Positions 13,426-27,430 of a stretch of DNA of 64,000 bases are shown in pieces. The notes below the pieces were generated by a model. It saw only the letters and a program-made list of their open reading frames with translations. It was not told where the DNA came from and ran no database searches. The position numbers and the translations under genes were made by a program. Source of the stretch: Octopus vulgaris (lineage: Eukaryota). Numbering within the stretch: position 1 is the stretch's first letter; the number at the start of each line of letters is the position of its first letter. The stretch covers positions 25,854,001 to 25,918,000 of the forward strand of contig OX597827.1 of assembly GCA_951406725.2 (NCBI GenBank). The letters are read 5' to 3'.

Positions 13426-14036
13426 TCTATTTTAACACATAATATTGTTTTCAAATTTTGGCACAAGGCCAGCAGTTTTTCATCCAGTTCACCGCCATTG
13501 TTTAATATATAATAGTCATATACGAAATCTGTAAGAAAATTCATTACAATACACTTCAAAGAAATTAGCTCCACAAAGTCTCTGTGGTGTTTGAAATTGT
13601 TAGTCGATCTTTTGTATCCTACGCGTATGGTAGTGGAGGCACATGGCTTAGTGGATAGGGGACAATTTTCAGTTAAGATATATCGTTCCTCCTGCACAAG
13701 TCAAAATACTCGAAGTGATGGGTCAAAGAAGTCATCGTATGCCGCTTCTAATTCCAGGACAGTTTATATGGGACTCTTTACAGAAATTTCACGAAACACT
13801 GCAGTGGTCAAATCACGTTATGACTCACCCCGTCAGAGCAGCAGGGTGGGGAGATACTACTCAGCATTATCTCATCTATTTACAATGGTGGAGGGAACAA
13901 AATCTGTTTAATTTACCGTGACAATTTTCGCATAGGCGGAAATGGTGAAATTCTCTCTGCTTGTTTGCATAGATACCACTTACCCTGCCTCACGAAATGT
14001 TTGAAAAAGATACGCAACTGACCGGACTCTATTTAT

Positions 14037-14232
14037 ATTCTTTTCTATTCTAGGCACAAGGCCCGAAATTTTGGGGGGGGGGACAGTCGATTAGAACGAC
14101 CCCAGTACGCAACTGATATTTAATTTATTGACCCCGAAAGGATGAAAGGCAAAGTCGACCTCGGCGGAATTTTAACTCAAAACATAAAGACAGAAGAGAT
14201 GCTGCTAAGCGTTTCGCCCGGCGTGTTAACGT
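14037..14232 (-). mobile_element. SINE family B
   Basis: Homologous to the 34515 copy. Confidence 0.8.
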
Positions 14233-14660
14233 TAGATTGTGGTTTCGATTCCAGGATCGGGCGACGTGGTGTGTTCTTGACAAACAACTTCATTTCCTGT
14301 TGCATAGGTTCGCTCAGCCACCCAAAATGAATAATCCTGCGATGGATCTGAATCTGGTCCAGGCGAGGAATATATACGCCACGAAAAGCGAGAAACCGGC
14401 CCTTGTTTGACTCAAAAATGTAACTTTATCTTTGGGGACGCGTGTGGCTTAGTGGTTAGGGGTGTTGGGCTCATGAATTTAAGATTGTGGTTTCGATTCC
14501 TGGACCGGGTGACTTTATTTCACGTTGCTCCAGTCCACTCAGCCGGCAAGAATGAGTTAATCCTCCGACAGACTGGCGTCCCAACATACTAAGAATGTAA
14601 ACCGAGAAAGAGGACCTAATGGAACGGTATGACTTGGCAAGCAAACTTTACCTTTACTTT
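14233..14660 (+). mobile_element. two tandem tRNA-derived SINE fragments (family C-related, with a ctgcgatggactggcgtccc-type module)
   Basis: gtggcttagtggttagg..ggtttcgattcc A/B boxes and cacgttgctccagtccactcagc. Confidence 0.65.
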
Positions 14661-15108
14661 ACCCGTATGGCAACTTTACCGTATGGCAACATTTCTTCAA
14701 ACTAATGTTGCAAGTTTTTCTGAAGTGAGATATAGTCATTTCCAGAAGCCAACGGAATAATTTAATGCGCAGAAATATTCACTTCCTGCTTATGTATGTC
14801 CAAATGCTTGGAAATTTCTGCTTGAAATCACTTGTTCAATGATGAGCCTGTAAATAGTTGATTGAAGCAGGAAAATCAAAAGAAACATGAAAATAATTCG
14901 ATTATTTTTCACCACCGCTTTTAAAGACACTTAAGAACAAAAAGTTCATTTTCTGATCTGTTTTTATTATGTTTTGTACGCACAATTAAACACAAATGGA
15001 AAATTTATATATACACATACAAATCTGGTTTATACTTACGTATTAATAAGCAGGCAAATATATATGTACATATATATATATGTGTGTGTGTGTGTATATA
15101 TATATGTA

Positions 15109-15249
<141 letters not shown>

Positions 15250-15331
15250 TATATATACATACATGTATGTATTTATACATATATGTGTGTGTGCGTATGT
15301 ACACACACACGTACAAACACACACATATATG

Positions 15332-15370
<39 letters not shown>

Positions 15371-15389
15371 ATAAGTATATACATGCACT

Positions 15390-15421
<32 letters not shown>

Positions 15422-16029
15422 TACACTCACATTTTTCTTCCGCCAATAGTCCTACTTTGCATAAGTTATTCTAAAATTTACATCGTTACAAGTTCGCACT
15501 CAATGTTCGCAAATTGGTTACATCGTAAATCAATGAATTCTCTTCGGTGTTCCATCTGAACAAACAAACGTTTATTAAGATTACCAAGCATTTTTGTCAT
15601 ACGGTTCCTCTGTACTTAACATATATTGTTTTCAAAACTATGAAATCCTGTTAACTATATACACACGCTCTGGTTCTGTTCACGACTAGGCGTTCGGCAG
15701 AATATATCGGCATTGACGTAGCAACATTTGAAATATTATCCAGGTAAATCTAGCTGAACAAGACAAATTTACAATTACAAACGTACGTGAAGAGTCCGAA
15801 ACCAAGGTACCAAATTATCCGATTCAGGGTTGTCCATTTATCTAATGCTCTTCCTAGAGGTACGACGAAATTTTTTTATGTTCGCTGTTCTCACACGTCT
15901 TTGCTAGAAAATATACAATGAGATTGAACTACTGTGAAGATCCCTTCACAAGAAACGAGAGTTTGCCTTATTTGATATCCACCTACGTGATATTGAGCAA
16001 TCATTCTCAATGTTTAATATTAGATCGGA

Positions 16030-16121
<92 letters not shown>

Positions 16122-16200
16122 CATCTATCCATCTATCCATCTATCTATATATCTATCTATCGATCCATCTATCCATCTATTTATATATCTATCTATTTAC
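16030..16200. repeat. (TATC)n microsatellite
   Basis: Direct reading. Confidence 0.95.
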
Positions 16201-16221
16201 CTGTATATATATGTATATATA

Positions 16222-16845
16222 TAAATTTAAATAATAAGGGTGAAAAATTGAATATTAATCTGATTAATTTGAATTTAAAACCAGTGGCCTAGCATATTGA
16301 AAAATCTGAAGATTTAGAAAAATTATATGATTACATATATATAAAGAGGGATGACCACTTAGTGGACATCCATTTTGCTAGATGTAGACCCCATATGGTC
16401 TGACCACTAAGAATCGATTGCTCTCAAGAAAATTCATCCAACGCCGGAACGTAAGCGAGCAAGACAAATGAAAGGATTGAAAATATAAAGATTAATCACA
16501 AATCCGGTTTCATTGCTACCACTTACGTAATATTTACGTAAATGTCCGCAATTCATCAGTGTGATCGTCACAGCAAAATATAATTTGCAGAACTATACAC
16601 GAGACGTCCGCATGAGATTACACATGTATATTGTTCTACCAATTAGATTTGGGGTTATATTTCAAAAGTCTTCGTTTTTGGCGCGCCGAAATACCGGAAA
16701 TAATTCTGCAGAAAATAATTCTCTGCAGTAAATTTTACGGTTAGAGAACATGGTTATTTAAAATTTAAATAATAAGGGTGAAAAATTGAATATTAATTTG
16801 ATTAATATCAATTTAAAACCAGTTGACTAGCATATTGAAAAGCTG
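16222..16845 (-). mobile_element. Penelope-like pLTR-type relic with ~80-bp direct repeats
   Basis: aaatttaaataataagggtgaaaaattgaatatt...ctagcatattgaaaa occurs at ~16222-16303 and ~16760-16841, bracketing a hammerhead-like motif. Confidence 0.55.
16495..16565 (-). ncRNA. minimal type-I hammerhead ribozyme motif (slightly degenerate)
   Basis: ATCACA CTGATGA ATTGC...GCAAT GAAA CCGG ATT TGTGAT: 6-bp helix I, extended helix II, palindromic CCGG in helix III. Confidence 0.6.
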
Positions 16846-17133
16846 GGTTTGTTATTAATTTGGAACAGCCGCAACGGCAACAATCATTACTACAACATAT
16901 GCCACTGGTAGACGCGCAAAAAATCTTCCTTTCACACCTTCACATCAAACACGGCCTCATGAAAAAACTTCGCAAAAGCAATGACACGATGGTTATGGCT
17001 TCCAGTACCTAAAAGTGAAAATTCGGTTCAAAGAAAAGTGATGCAAAACTGAAAGTAGGTATTTTCATTGGATCCGAGATAAGAGAATTGATGTCTGATA
17101 CATACACACACTTATATAATGTAATATAATATG

Positions 17134-17187
<54 letters not shown>

Positions 17188-17190
17188 CAC

Positions 17191-17251
<61 letters not shown>

Positions 17252-17295
17252 GGCAAACGGCCAGTTGTAGCATCTCACAAAGAGACCCGACTAAA

Positions 17296-17634
17296 CAGTA
17301 AAGCCAGACGCCGCATCAAAGTGGCTGTTGAATGTTGCTACTGGTTTAACCCTTGGCAGATTCTCGGCCGTCTGGTCACTGGTACGATTCAGCATTCTTT
17401 ATGTACAATATATTTTGAGCATGTGTGCCAATCCCTACCAGCCTTTAGCAGGTTTCAGGATACCTGCTGGAGGGTGGTAACAATATATTGCATATAAAGC
17501 GTGTTCCTTGCTAACAATTTATTGTATATAAAGGGTGCAGAGCCGCATCGTTAACCGGGTGGCGTAGAATCTGCCTGGGGTTAGACTTGTAGTACCATTC
17601 AGCATACACTTCGATGTGGCGACTGGCTTTACTA
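17296..17634. mobile_element. MITE with ~70-bp imperfect TIRs (pogo/Tigger-like CAGT.. end)
   Basis: cagtaaagccagacgccgcatcaaagtg...ggcagattct versus agaatctgcc...cacttcgatgtggcgactggctttact. Confidence 0.75.
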
Positions 17635-18139
17635 TATGTATATATAAGTGTGTGTGGGTGTATGTGTATACACACAAACACACACACACGGACACACTAT
17701 GATAGTCACATTTCTGTACATGTGTTTGTCGTTGGGTATACATGCGTGTGTATTGATATGTGTTGCGAATTTTATTCCAAACATTTTAATGACACATACG
17801 CACCATTGCAATAATTTTCCAATTTTTTGCGTCTTAAGATCCATTTCTATTTTTTACATTTGCGTGCAGCATTTTTGTTTTCCCCTGGCTAACCGCAATG
17901 GCATTTCAGACCAGTTATTGTGTCAAGTTTCACCTTAGCCTTCAATAGGTGAATGAAATATCGGCATTGAACACGAGGCTCATTTATCACGAGGTTGGTT
18001 TTGTTTCTCTCGATTTTTGAATCGAGTAAAGGGCCGTAAGCGCATACAATGACACACATCTCTATTATAGACAGGAGCAATTATTTGATGATTAAGGAGA
18101 CCAATGTAAGAAAAGGGCCCTCCACAAAATGGATTTTTA

Positions 18140-18685
18140 CATTGTCATGGTAGTCGTGATAGTCGCAGTCAACGCCCCCTCCTCCTTCTCATCAATATCG
18201 TCGTCGTTACCATCATCGCCATCATCACCACCGCAACCACCACTACCACGGTTATCATCGACGCTATCATCTGCTGAAACAGCAGCAGCCACAGCATCGT
18301 CGTCGTCATCATCGTTCTCTTGCTCCTCCTCTTCCTGCACCTGCCCCTCCTCCTCACCATCATCATCATCATCAGCGTTATCATCATCATCATCATCATC
18401 GTCGTCGTCATCATCATCTTCATCGTCATCATGTTTACCTCCGCCATCGCCAGCACAGTCACCCTCGTCGGTGACGTCATCATCATCATCATTATCATCA
18501 TTATTGTTATCATCGTCCTCACCATCATAATCGTCGTCGTGGTCATCATATTCATCATCATTTTACCTCCGCCATCGCCAGCACAGTCACCCCCGTCGGT
18601 GAAGTAATCATCATCATCATCACCATTATAATCGTCGTCGTCGTCGTTTTTGTTGTTGTTATAAACACACACCGTCGTCATTGTC
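18140..18685. repeat. degenerate (ATC/GTC)n trinucleotide low-complexity tract
   Basis: Direct reading; it includes the duplicated unit tttacctccgccatcgccagcacagtcacc. Confidence 0.9.
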
Positions 18686-19235
18686 TTAAACCCACACCTG
18701 AAGGATCAATGTGATGTTTCAACCTGCAAACATTAACCGTGAAATTTCCTTTACTTGAACCGTCTATAACTCACGTGATTTAAGTTGAAATTAATTAGTA
18801 AAAAAAAACAGTATCTAAAGATCAAATTTTCATATATGTCATAGTATTTCCACTTTATTCAAACTGACCACCAATGTCATCAGTGGTATTGCCGTTAGCC
18901 GTCCTCTAAACATCAACCTCACCACGGCAACCATTTACCATCAATGTCCATATAGATATACGTCAACAATTGTTAGTAGGTGATGGAGAAATGGATAATG
19001 CTCTTCTACAACGCATCTCGCAAACATAATGACCCCTATTGTTGGTTTGTAGTTTTTTCCTCGCTTTAAAAAAGCATGAAATCCGTACAGTATCCGTTCG
19101 TTTATTGGATAAAGCCCAGGTTATTTGTCTGTGTAAGAAATTAATTATTCATTTCTTTGGATTCACGAGAAACACACATTAGACATGTCATGTTGAGATA
19201 CGCTAATAATCTCTGACATCAATGTAGAGAACGAG

Positions 19236-19858
19236 ATGGATGATGACGACGATGATGATGATGACGATGATGGTGATGACGACGACGATGATGATGAAGA
19301 TAATGGTGACGGTGATTGTGATGGTGATGGTGGTGATGGTGATGGTGAGGATGATGATGACGGTGATGATGAAGATGATGATGATGATGACGATGATGGT
19401 GATGGCGATGATGGTGATGATGGTGATGACGACGATGATACTGCTACTGCAGCGGCAGACGATGGTGACGATGATAACGGTGGTGGTGAGGGTTGCTGCT
19501 GCTGATGATGACGAGGGTGATGATGAAGATGATGGTGATGGAGATGGTGATAATGATGATGTTGACCACGACGATGATGATCCTGCTGCTGCTGCAACAG
19601 CAGACAATGGTGAGAGTTGGTGCTGCTGCTGATGATGATGACGAGGAGGAGGAGGAGGAGGAGGAGGAGGAGGAGGAGGAGGCTGATGGTGACGACATAT
19701 CAAGACAACGACAGCGCTTTGGTTGCGGCTACGATGATGACGACGAAGACGACGGCAATGAAGTATGATGGTGGTGGTGGTGGAAGTGGTAGCAGTGGAG
19801 GTGATGACGGAAATAAGAATGATGTGGATGATGATGATGATGATGATGATAGTGATGG

Positions 19859-19894
<36 letters not shown>

Positions 19895-20166
19895 CGATGA
19901 TTATGATGATATTGTCGTGGCGGCAGTGATGTGATGATGACGGCATTGGTGGCGATATTGTCGGCGATGAAGAATTTGACAATGTTGATGATGATGATGA
20001 TGAGGATGAATAACGGCAAGGACGATTATGGTGGCAGCGCCTAATACTGCTGTTGCGGCTGCTGGTGCCTCTGCCACTGCCAAGGTTGTGACTCTTAATG
20101 AAATAATCTTGATACTAGAGTTCAACAACCTGCAACCAGTTTGTTGGTGTTACTACAACTGGTACA

Positions 20167-20241
<75 letters not shown>

Positions 20242-20650
20242 GCCATCATCACCACCACTACTACTACCACCACTACTACTACTACTACTACTGATGGTGA
20301 TGATGATGAAGATGATGTCGGCGTGCTACTAATGATTAGGAAGAGAAGGATGGGAAGAAGGAGGAAGAGAAGAATGACGATGAAAATGGTGATATGCATG
20401 CAGGTGATTCTGATAATGATGGCGCTGATGACAGTAGTGGTAGGGAAAGTGGTGATGAGGATGGTGATAGTGATGATGCCGACGATGACGACGACGATGG
20501 GAGTGAGAACGATAGTGGCAATGGTGATGATGATGATGATGATGATGACCACCACAACGACAAACGTCGTGATTATAACTAAGGAGAGCATGATAACGGC
20601 GACGATGCTGCTGCTGCTGCTACTACTGCTGCTATTCCTCGTCGCCATTG

Positions 20651-20692
<42 letters not shown>

Positions 20693-20697
20693 CCATC

Positions 20698-20729
<32 letters not shown>

Positions 20730-20790
20730 GCTGTTTATAAAGTCGATGATGACGTTGACAATGACAGCGACGACGACGACTACCGGGATA
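19236..20790. repeat. long compound trinucleotide tract (GAT, GAG, TAC, ATC)
   Basis: Direct reading. Confidence 0.92.
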
Positions 20791-21033
20791 TGTAATGAGA
20801 AGGCAATGATGACAGACGTTTCTCTTGAAAAGCAGGATCTGCGAGAAACAGTAACAGAAAATGGTTGGATGATATCACTTAAAAGAATCTGATGATAATT
20901 CAATTAATTTCAAGTCGAACAGCAAAATCAAACTTGGCTGTTTTCGGAATGGGCTCGCTTCTAAATATTTTTGATGTCAAAGACAATACTCACGAAAGTA
21001 AATATTCTAATAGACCCAAATATGGGAGATTAT

Positions 21034-21086
<53 letters not shown>

Positions 21087-21231
21087 GAGAGAGAGAGAGG
21101 AGGAAAGGAGAGCGACAGTCACATACACATGTCTGTAGGCACACACACACGCACATGTATATATATATAAATATATATATATAAGTATATATATAAGTAT
21201 ATATATGCATATATACCTATATATATATATG

Positions 21232-21297
<66 letters not shown>

Positions 21298-21727
21298 ATA
21301 AACTTATTTGGAAGTGTATGTGTGGAATTCAATCATATAATAATATAAATATAAAAAATGAATATGCATGTATGTAGATACTTACATATATATGTATATA
21401 TATGCATAATAGGGGTCAGGACGTCACAAAACGTAAACAACATGAAGTACGAAAGCAAACTTCGATATGCGAACAACGAGAGAAGCAACTGGAAAAGAAG
21501 ACAAGTAACATAAAAAACGACCCTTCATCAGTTGTCAGCTGTTCATCTTCTCTACATTTCGAGCAATTAACGACGATATGAAGATTCGAAAATACAATTG
21601 CTCCCGCGAATATATATATATTATTTGACTGTGGCCATGCCAGAGCACAGCCTTTATATATATATATATTACGGAGATGTACTCGCATAGCAAGTAATTT
21701 GATCTGAGATCGTGTGCTGAAACGAAA

Positions 21728-21839
21728 ACAATTGCACCGTGGAAGGTGTTTATAAGCCATTTAAGAAACACACAAGTGAATCGAACGGCTTTTGTGTGTT
21801 TCTTAAATGACTAATAAACACCTTCCACGCTGCAATTGT
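21728..21839. repeat. near-perfect hairpin (48-bp arms, ~16-bp spacer)
   Basis: acaattgcaccgtggaaggtgtttataagccatttaagaaacacacaa versus ttgtgtgtttcttaaatgactaataaacaccttccacgctgcaattgt. Confidence 0.9.
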
Positions 21840-21979
21840 ATATATATATTTATATACATACATACATAAAGGTGGTGCTCTGGCATGGCCACAGTCAAGT
21901 AACTTAAATTATATTTATAGATAAATTCCTCTATTTTACATAATATCAGGGTCTCATTCATTCTTTTGCTGTCATATCA

Positions 21980-22010
<31 letters not shown>

Positions 22011-22021
22011 TATTATTATTA

Positions 22022-22139
<118 letters not shown>

Positions 22140-22358
22140 AAATTCAGGGTACAGTATGTACCTGTTTGCTTGAAAGAGGATGTCTATCATCCTATTTGTA
22201 TTTTAATATTTGTATTCTGTGGGAGGGCTGTTTCAGAGAAATATGTTTGCTATATTCTCCGTGCGAGTTTACATACAATGAGAGATGTGTGGGTTTTTTG
22301 GGGGGCGGGGTTAATTCCTCTTTCAAGCAAAAAGGCACATATTGCACCCTAACTTTTT

Positions 22359-22395
<37 letters not shown>

Positions 22396-22445
22396 CTTAT
22401 TTGAATTATGTTTGCTGGCCACTTTATCATTATTGTTATAGATAA

Positions 22446-24226
22446 CACTGAACAACAATTTATTTTTCGTCTGGTGCCTTGAATATTTCAACGAATTCTT
22501 AAATGATTTTACCTGCTAAATTCAAAAATAACTTCAGTTTTTCTCTATTTGTTCTACTATTCTTTGTAAACCTGATAGAGTAAATATTTTATTCTCACAA
22601 TTGGCATATATTATAAATCGATAAAAAGAGTGTAACACAAAAGAAAATACAGTACAAATATTCAAAATTGAAAATGTACGTTGGCAACGATTTTTGTTTG
22701 AAAAGTCAAGGAATAAATTTGCACCGTGAATGTTGAGCAACAGGTGTATCTCGTTTTAAACGCCAGCAATAGTCTGCCATCATCACAGGGTGCCAACGTC
22801 CTTAGTACTGAGTTTCTATCTGCTTGATGTCCTGATGGAATCGTTTGCTTTGTTCATTGTTAACGTCTCCGAGATTTTCAGGAAAACGATCAAGATGACT
22901 AAAAAGATATTGATGCTCATATTAGTGCCAATATCACGAAAAGTTGATATCAAGTTGGTAACAAGATCTTTATAGTTTTCGCATTTCCCAAGGAAATTTT
23001 GCTCTACTTCTGCAACGGCTAGGCTAAGCTGATGCTTCATTTTCACTCATTACTCTCACAAAATTTGTGTCTTTCAAGTGATTATGGATCTTATGGATCT
23101 GTGGTCCATCAAAAATCCCTGCTTTAAGTTTTTCAGTCGTCAAGTCTGGAAATACACTGCAGATATACTTGAAGCATTCCCCATTTTTGTCAAGAGTTTT
23201 GGCGAATTGTTTGGTCAATCCAACTTTGATGTGCAAGGTAGGAGGAATGATCTTTTAACGGTTAACTAAAGGTTCTTCCAATATATTGGCAGCTCTACTT
23301 GGAGCCACATTTGTATAAGTTGGCCAGTCTTTTTTTTAACATAGTGGTTTACTCGGTCTTTACTGTCCCACATATAAAGAAAGCATGGGTATCTGGTATA
23401 ACCAGATTCCTGTTCTATAAGAAAATTCACCATCTTTAAATCAACGCGACCCATTTATGATCATGATGCAGTATCTTTTCTAAAACCAACTGAATTTCTT
23501 CATATTTTTTCTTCAGAGTTGTTGAGCGGCCGAGTGGGACAAAGCCATACGTATTTGCGTTGTGCAACAGTGCACATTTTAAACTACGCTTAGAGCTGTC
23601 TCTCAAAATAAGCCATGCCACTGGTTTGTATTCTTCAATGCCAAATTTATTAAGAAGCCCACTGACATCTCTGCAGAAACTAGCTTTTCCTCTTTCGTGA
23701 AGAAAGAAAGGAACTCCGCTGCTGAATCCGATAATAGGTTATACAGACACCAATCTCTAGAAGATTCTTCACTGTCAGTCGGGAAGCCACCTGTTCTACA
23801 GAAATTTTGGGGAGGTTCACGTGACGAACTATATTATTCGGCTCTACCTGAGAGACTAGATGAGGTAAAGTCTCAACTGAAAAGTCTTGATCTCTAGTGT
23901 CATCTTCAGGTGATGAATCTTCTTTGGTTGGGAGTCAATTTATCTGAGGCAAGACATTGAAAACAGAAACAGGAAGCTCTTCCCTGTGTGGAACCGATCT
24001 AAAAGCAAAGGCAAGATTAGGATAGACAAGCGTTTGTCAATTTTCCCGGTTAATACCCTTTAAATTTAGCTTAGAAAAATACCAGTCGTCTACGTTATGA
24101 TAGTAATCAATAACTTAAAATCTTTACCTGATAGGTAAAAAAGAAGGTTATATTTGGATTCAGGAGACCGATTTTGTATAGGAATGATGTATATTTCCTA
24201 AACACGAAAAACCTTGTAGACTAGTG
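22446..24226 (-). mobile_element. Chapaev3 (CMC superfamily) DNA transposon, internally deleted and degenerate
   Basis: Both ends begin CACT (cactgaacaacaa / cactagtctacaa) and are flanked by a TAA TSD (22443-22445, 24227-24229). Transposase motifs: HNVDD.YF..YPNL...VPH.EELPV, DSSKRSLKCALLHN, DLKMVNFL...SGYTRYPCFL, PPTLHIKVGLTKQF, KLKAGIFDGPQI, EQSKRFHQDI, MMADYCW. Confidence 0.88.
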
Positions 24227-24465
24227 TAATGAAAACTTATTTGAATTATAAATTTATACTTGCTCACTAACGTTCATTTGGAAGTCGCGGGGCTTTCAGT
24301 TGAACAACACGCACGGAGAAATAGTTTATATAGTAAACCTAGCTGATGAGCTTTAAGAGTTGGTTCAACATAGATATCGAAATCACTTGATACTAGAATA
24401 TTTATGTTTCTATTTGTATTTTACTAAAAGTATCTAACAAGTGGGACGACTGTTTCGGAGGAATA

Positions 24466-25020
24466 TACTCTTTTGTCAGGAAAGTTCGTGCCGATTTTTA
24501 AAGGAAAGAAAAAGGTCAATAAATACTTGCCATTACATTCTTAATCAACCAAATATAAACCATTTTGTTGCATAATGCGTCTCCATCTTTCCTGTAACTT
24601 GAAAATACCCTCTTTCCAGAATTGAGGTGGTTTCATGGCATCTTTTTACGTCATGCAAGGAATTGAAATTTTTACCATTAAGACTATTCTGAAGAGACCT
24701 GAATAAGTGGAAATCCGAAGGAGCAATATCTGGTGAATATGGAGTGTGGGGGTAACACATCCCAGCCGAGCTGCAGCAATTTTTGTCTGGTTCCCAAAGC
24801 ATCAAGTGCCGAAAATGAACTTTCCTATCTTTCAATTTTAAATGGTTACAGAATTAACACAGGTTATAGGAACATAAACCTTCACCCACGAAAAATTAAC
24901 TTAAACTGTGCTCTAAATGGAGGTGTAGTCAAATCCTATTTTATGGACACAACCAGGTTCTAAAATAATTCGAAAGGTAAGCTACTATAAATCGGCACGA
25001 ACTTTCCGGATAACCCAATA
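24466..25020 (-). mobile_element. mariner element with a large internal deletion (non-autonomous)
   Basis: The TIR core ggaaagttcgtgccgattt is present at both ends. The ORF joins the N-terminus MKDRKVHFRHLMLWE to PYSPDIAPSDFHLFRSLQN. Confidence 0.9.
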
Positions 25021-25279
25021 TTTGCTATATTCTCCGTGCATGTTGACATATAGTGAGAGATGCGTGGTTTTGGGGTGTTTTAACTTTTCTTTCAACCTAA
25101 CAGGTACCCTGACTTTATATTATTTATACATTTTTGATTGAAAGATGAATATATAAGTTTTGATTGAATAATCACTTTTAGTCCATTATTTCAAAACATT
25201 CTGCCGTTTAAATATTTATTATTAATATATACCGTACAAATGTGAATTTCCACATGTGAAAGCATCTCAAAGCTTGATC

Positions 25280-25570
25280 CTGTCTAGAATTTATAACATT
25301 ACACTTGGATGTAAATATCTGGTTAAATTCTACTAAACACAGGTCACATTTTTAAATTCCGCATCTATATAGTTTTGCAATACAAATTAATTCTTAATAG
25401 TATAGTCTTTGTTTCTGTCTTTAATAAACTAGATTAATTTACTGAGACTTGTTTGGAATCTTTTATTTTTATCTCTAAATGAACTCAAATCATTTGTCAG
25501 ACTCCTCCTCATGTAAAAAATTCATTACCCTCAAATTTAACTTTCAATATTTAAATATTTCATTCTTAGA
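25280..25570 (-). pseudogene. Penelope-like (Naiad-type) GIY-YIG C-terminal fragment
   Basis: Minus strand reads TSLSKLI*FIKDRNKDYTIK..YRCGI*KCDLCLVE. Confidence 0.55.
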
Positions 25571-25571
25571 A

Positions 25572-25830
25572 TAAAGATTGTTTGCCAACATAACATGGCA
25601 GACTCGGTTTAGAACGAAGGTTGCTGCAATTTAGTTCCCTCCAGCTGGCTATAGGACACGATCTGTGTCCAGATTTGGAGCTGAGTGTGGGTGTTAGATT
25701 CCCTTGTTCGAAAATATAAGGACACAGATCGCGTCATATAGCCAGCAGGAGACAATGTCTCCTGGGGCTAAATTACAGTAACATTCGTCCAAAACAAGGA
25801 CTGCTGTGTTATGTTGGCAAATAATCTTTA
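25572..25830. mobile_element. palindromic MITE with TA ends
   Basis: taaagattgtttgccaacataacatggcag versus ctgctgtgttatgttggcaaataatcttta; internal arms ctggctataggacacgatctgtgtcc / ggacacagatcgcgtcatatagccag. Confidence 0.8.
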
Positions 25831-25952
25831 CTCCAAAGTATTGTTGCTGAATATCTCTCGTTGTGAGATTTGAAAATAGTAATCTTCTAATTCCATTTCT
25901 AATTTTACAATTATTTTTCACATAACAGGATTCCTATTTATAATAATTGCAA

Positions 25953-26015
<63 letters not shown>

Positions 26016-26016
<1 letters not shown>

Positions 26017-26319
26017 CACGTGATCCCGTGACTGACCAGTCCATCAGATGTAGTTACACATGGCTGGTCACAATGCGTTCGCATTGCTTTAGCCTTCGAA
26101 TGACGCCACCCCGCTGGCTAAGTGAGCAGGCCAACGGAAGAAAGAGTGACAGAGAGAGTAGTGAAAGAGTACAGCAGGGATCACCACCCCCTGCCCGAGC
26201 CTCGTGGAGCTTTTAGGTGTTTTAGCTCAATAAACACTCACAACGCCCGGTCTGGGAATTGAAACCGCGATCCTACGACCGCGAGTCCGCTGCCCTAACC
26301 ACTGGGCCATTGCGCCTCC
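26016..26319 (-). mobile_element. tRNA-derived SINE, family C
   Basis: Head ggaggcgcaatggcccagtggttagggcagcggactcgcggtcgtaggatcgcggtttcaattccc (tRNA-like, A and B boxes). Confidence 0.88.
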
Positions 26320-26871
<552 letters not shown>

Positions 26872-27149
26872 ATATATAGCTATATATATATATATATATA
26901 AATATATATATATTATATTTCTACCAGATTTAGTTTTAGTTTGATCACTCATGGTAGATTCAAATTCATTTCCACCAAGTTCTTTCATACTACTTTTAGA
27001 TAACGCTATCTTTAAACTATTTGTAGGTGAACTTTTATTCTAATATTAGCGATGTCAAATTGAGTTGTCTCCCTTTCAGCGACTCTCTTCTATTTGATTT
27101 TTATTTTCTCAGATTCCGTTTGACATTATTATGCTTAATATGTAGTATG

Positions 27150-27430
27150 CTACTCTGATTATAATAGCTTTTTTGAAGTTCCGATATTATTTTAACGTTA
27201 TGCGTTGCTATGATTTACGTAATATTTTTGCTAAGACAATAAGCCATGCGAGTCATATGCTTATTAAAAATTCCATAATATTCATGATTGATTGGAAAAT
27301 ATGTTTCAATTGCTATACTGAACAATTTGGAAAAATTATGATTTATTCGTTTATCAAATGGAATAATTAACCATTAAGTATTCTTCGAGTTAAGATCATA
27401 ATCTTGATTTTTATACCCGTTTTTCCAAGG
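27150..27430 (-). pseudogene. Penelope-like (Naiad-type) linker fragment
   Basis: Clear nucleotide homology to 47950-48080, encoding the WLIIPF...NFSKLF..AI..FP region. Confidence 0.5.

Noticed and set aside
18129-20903. Poly-S/D/M/I/H ORFs
   Set aside because: These are trinucleotide-repeat artefacts open on both strands, with no domain or splice evidence.
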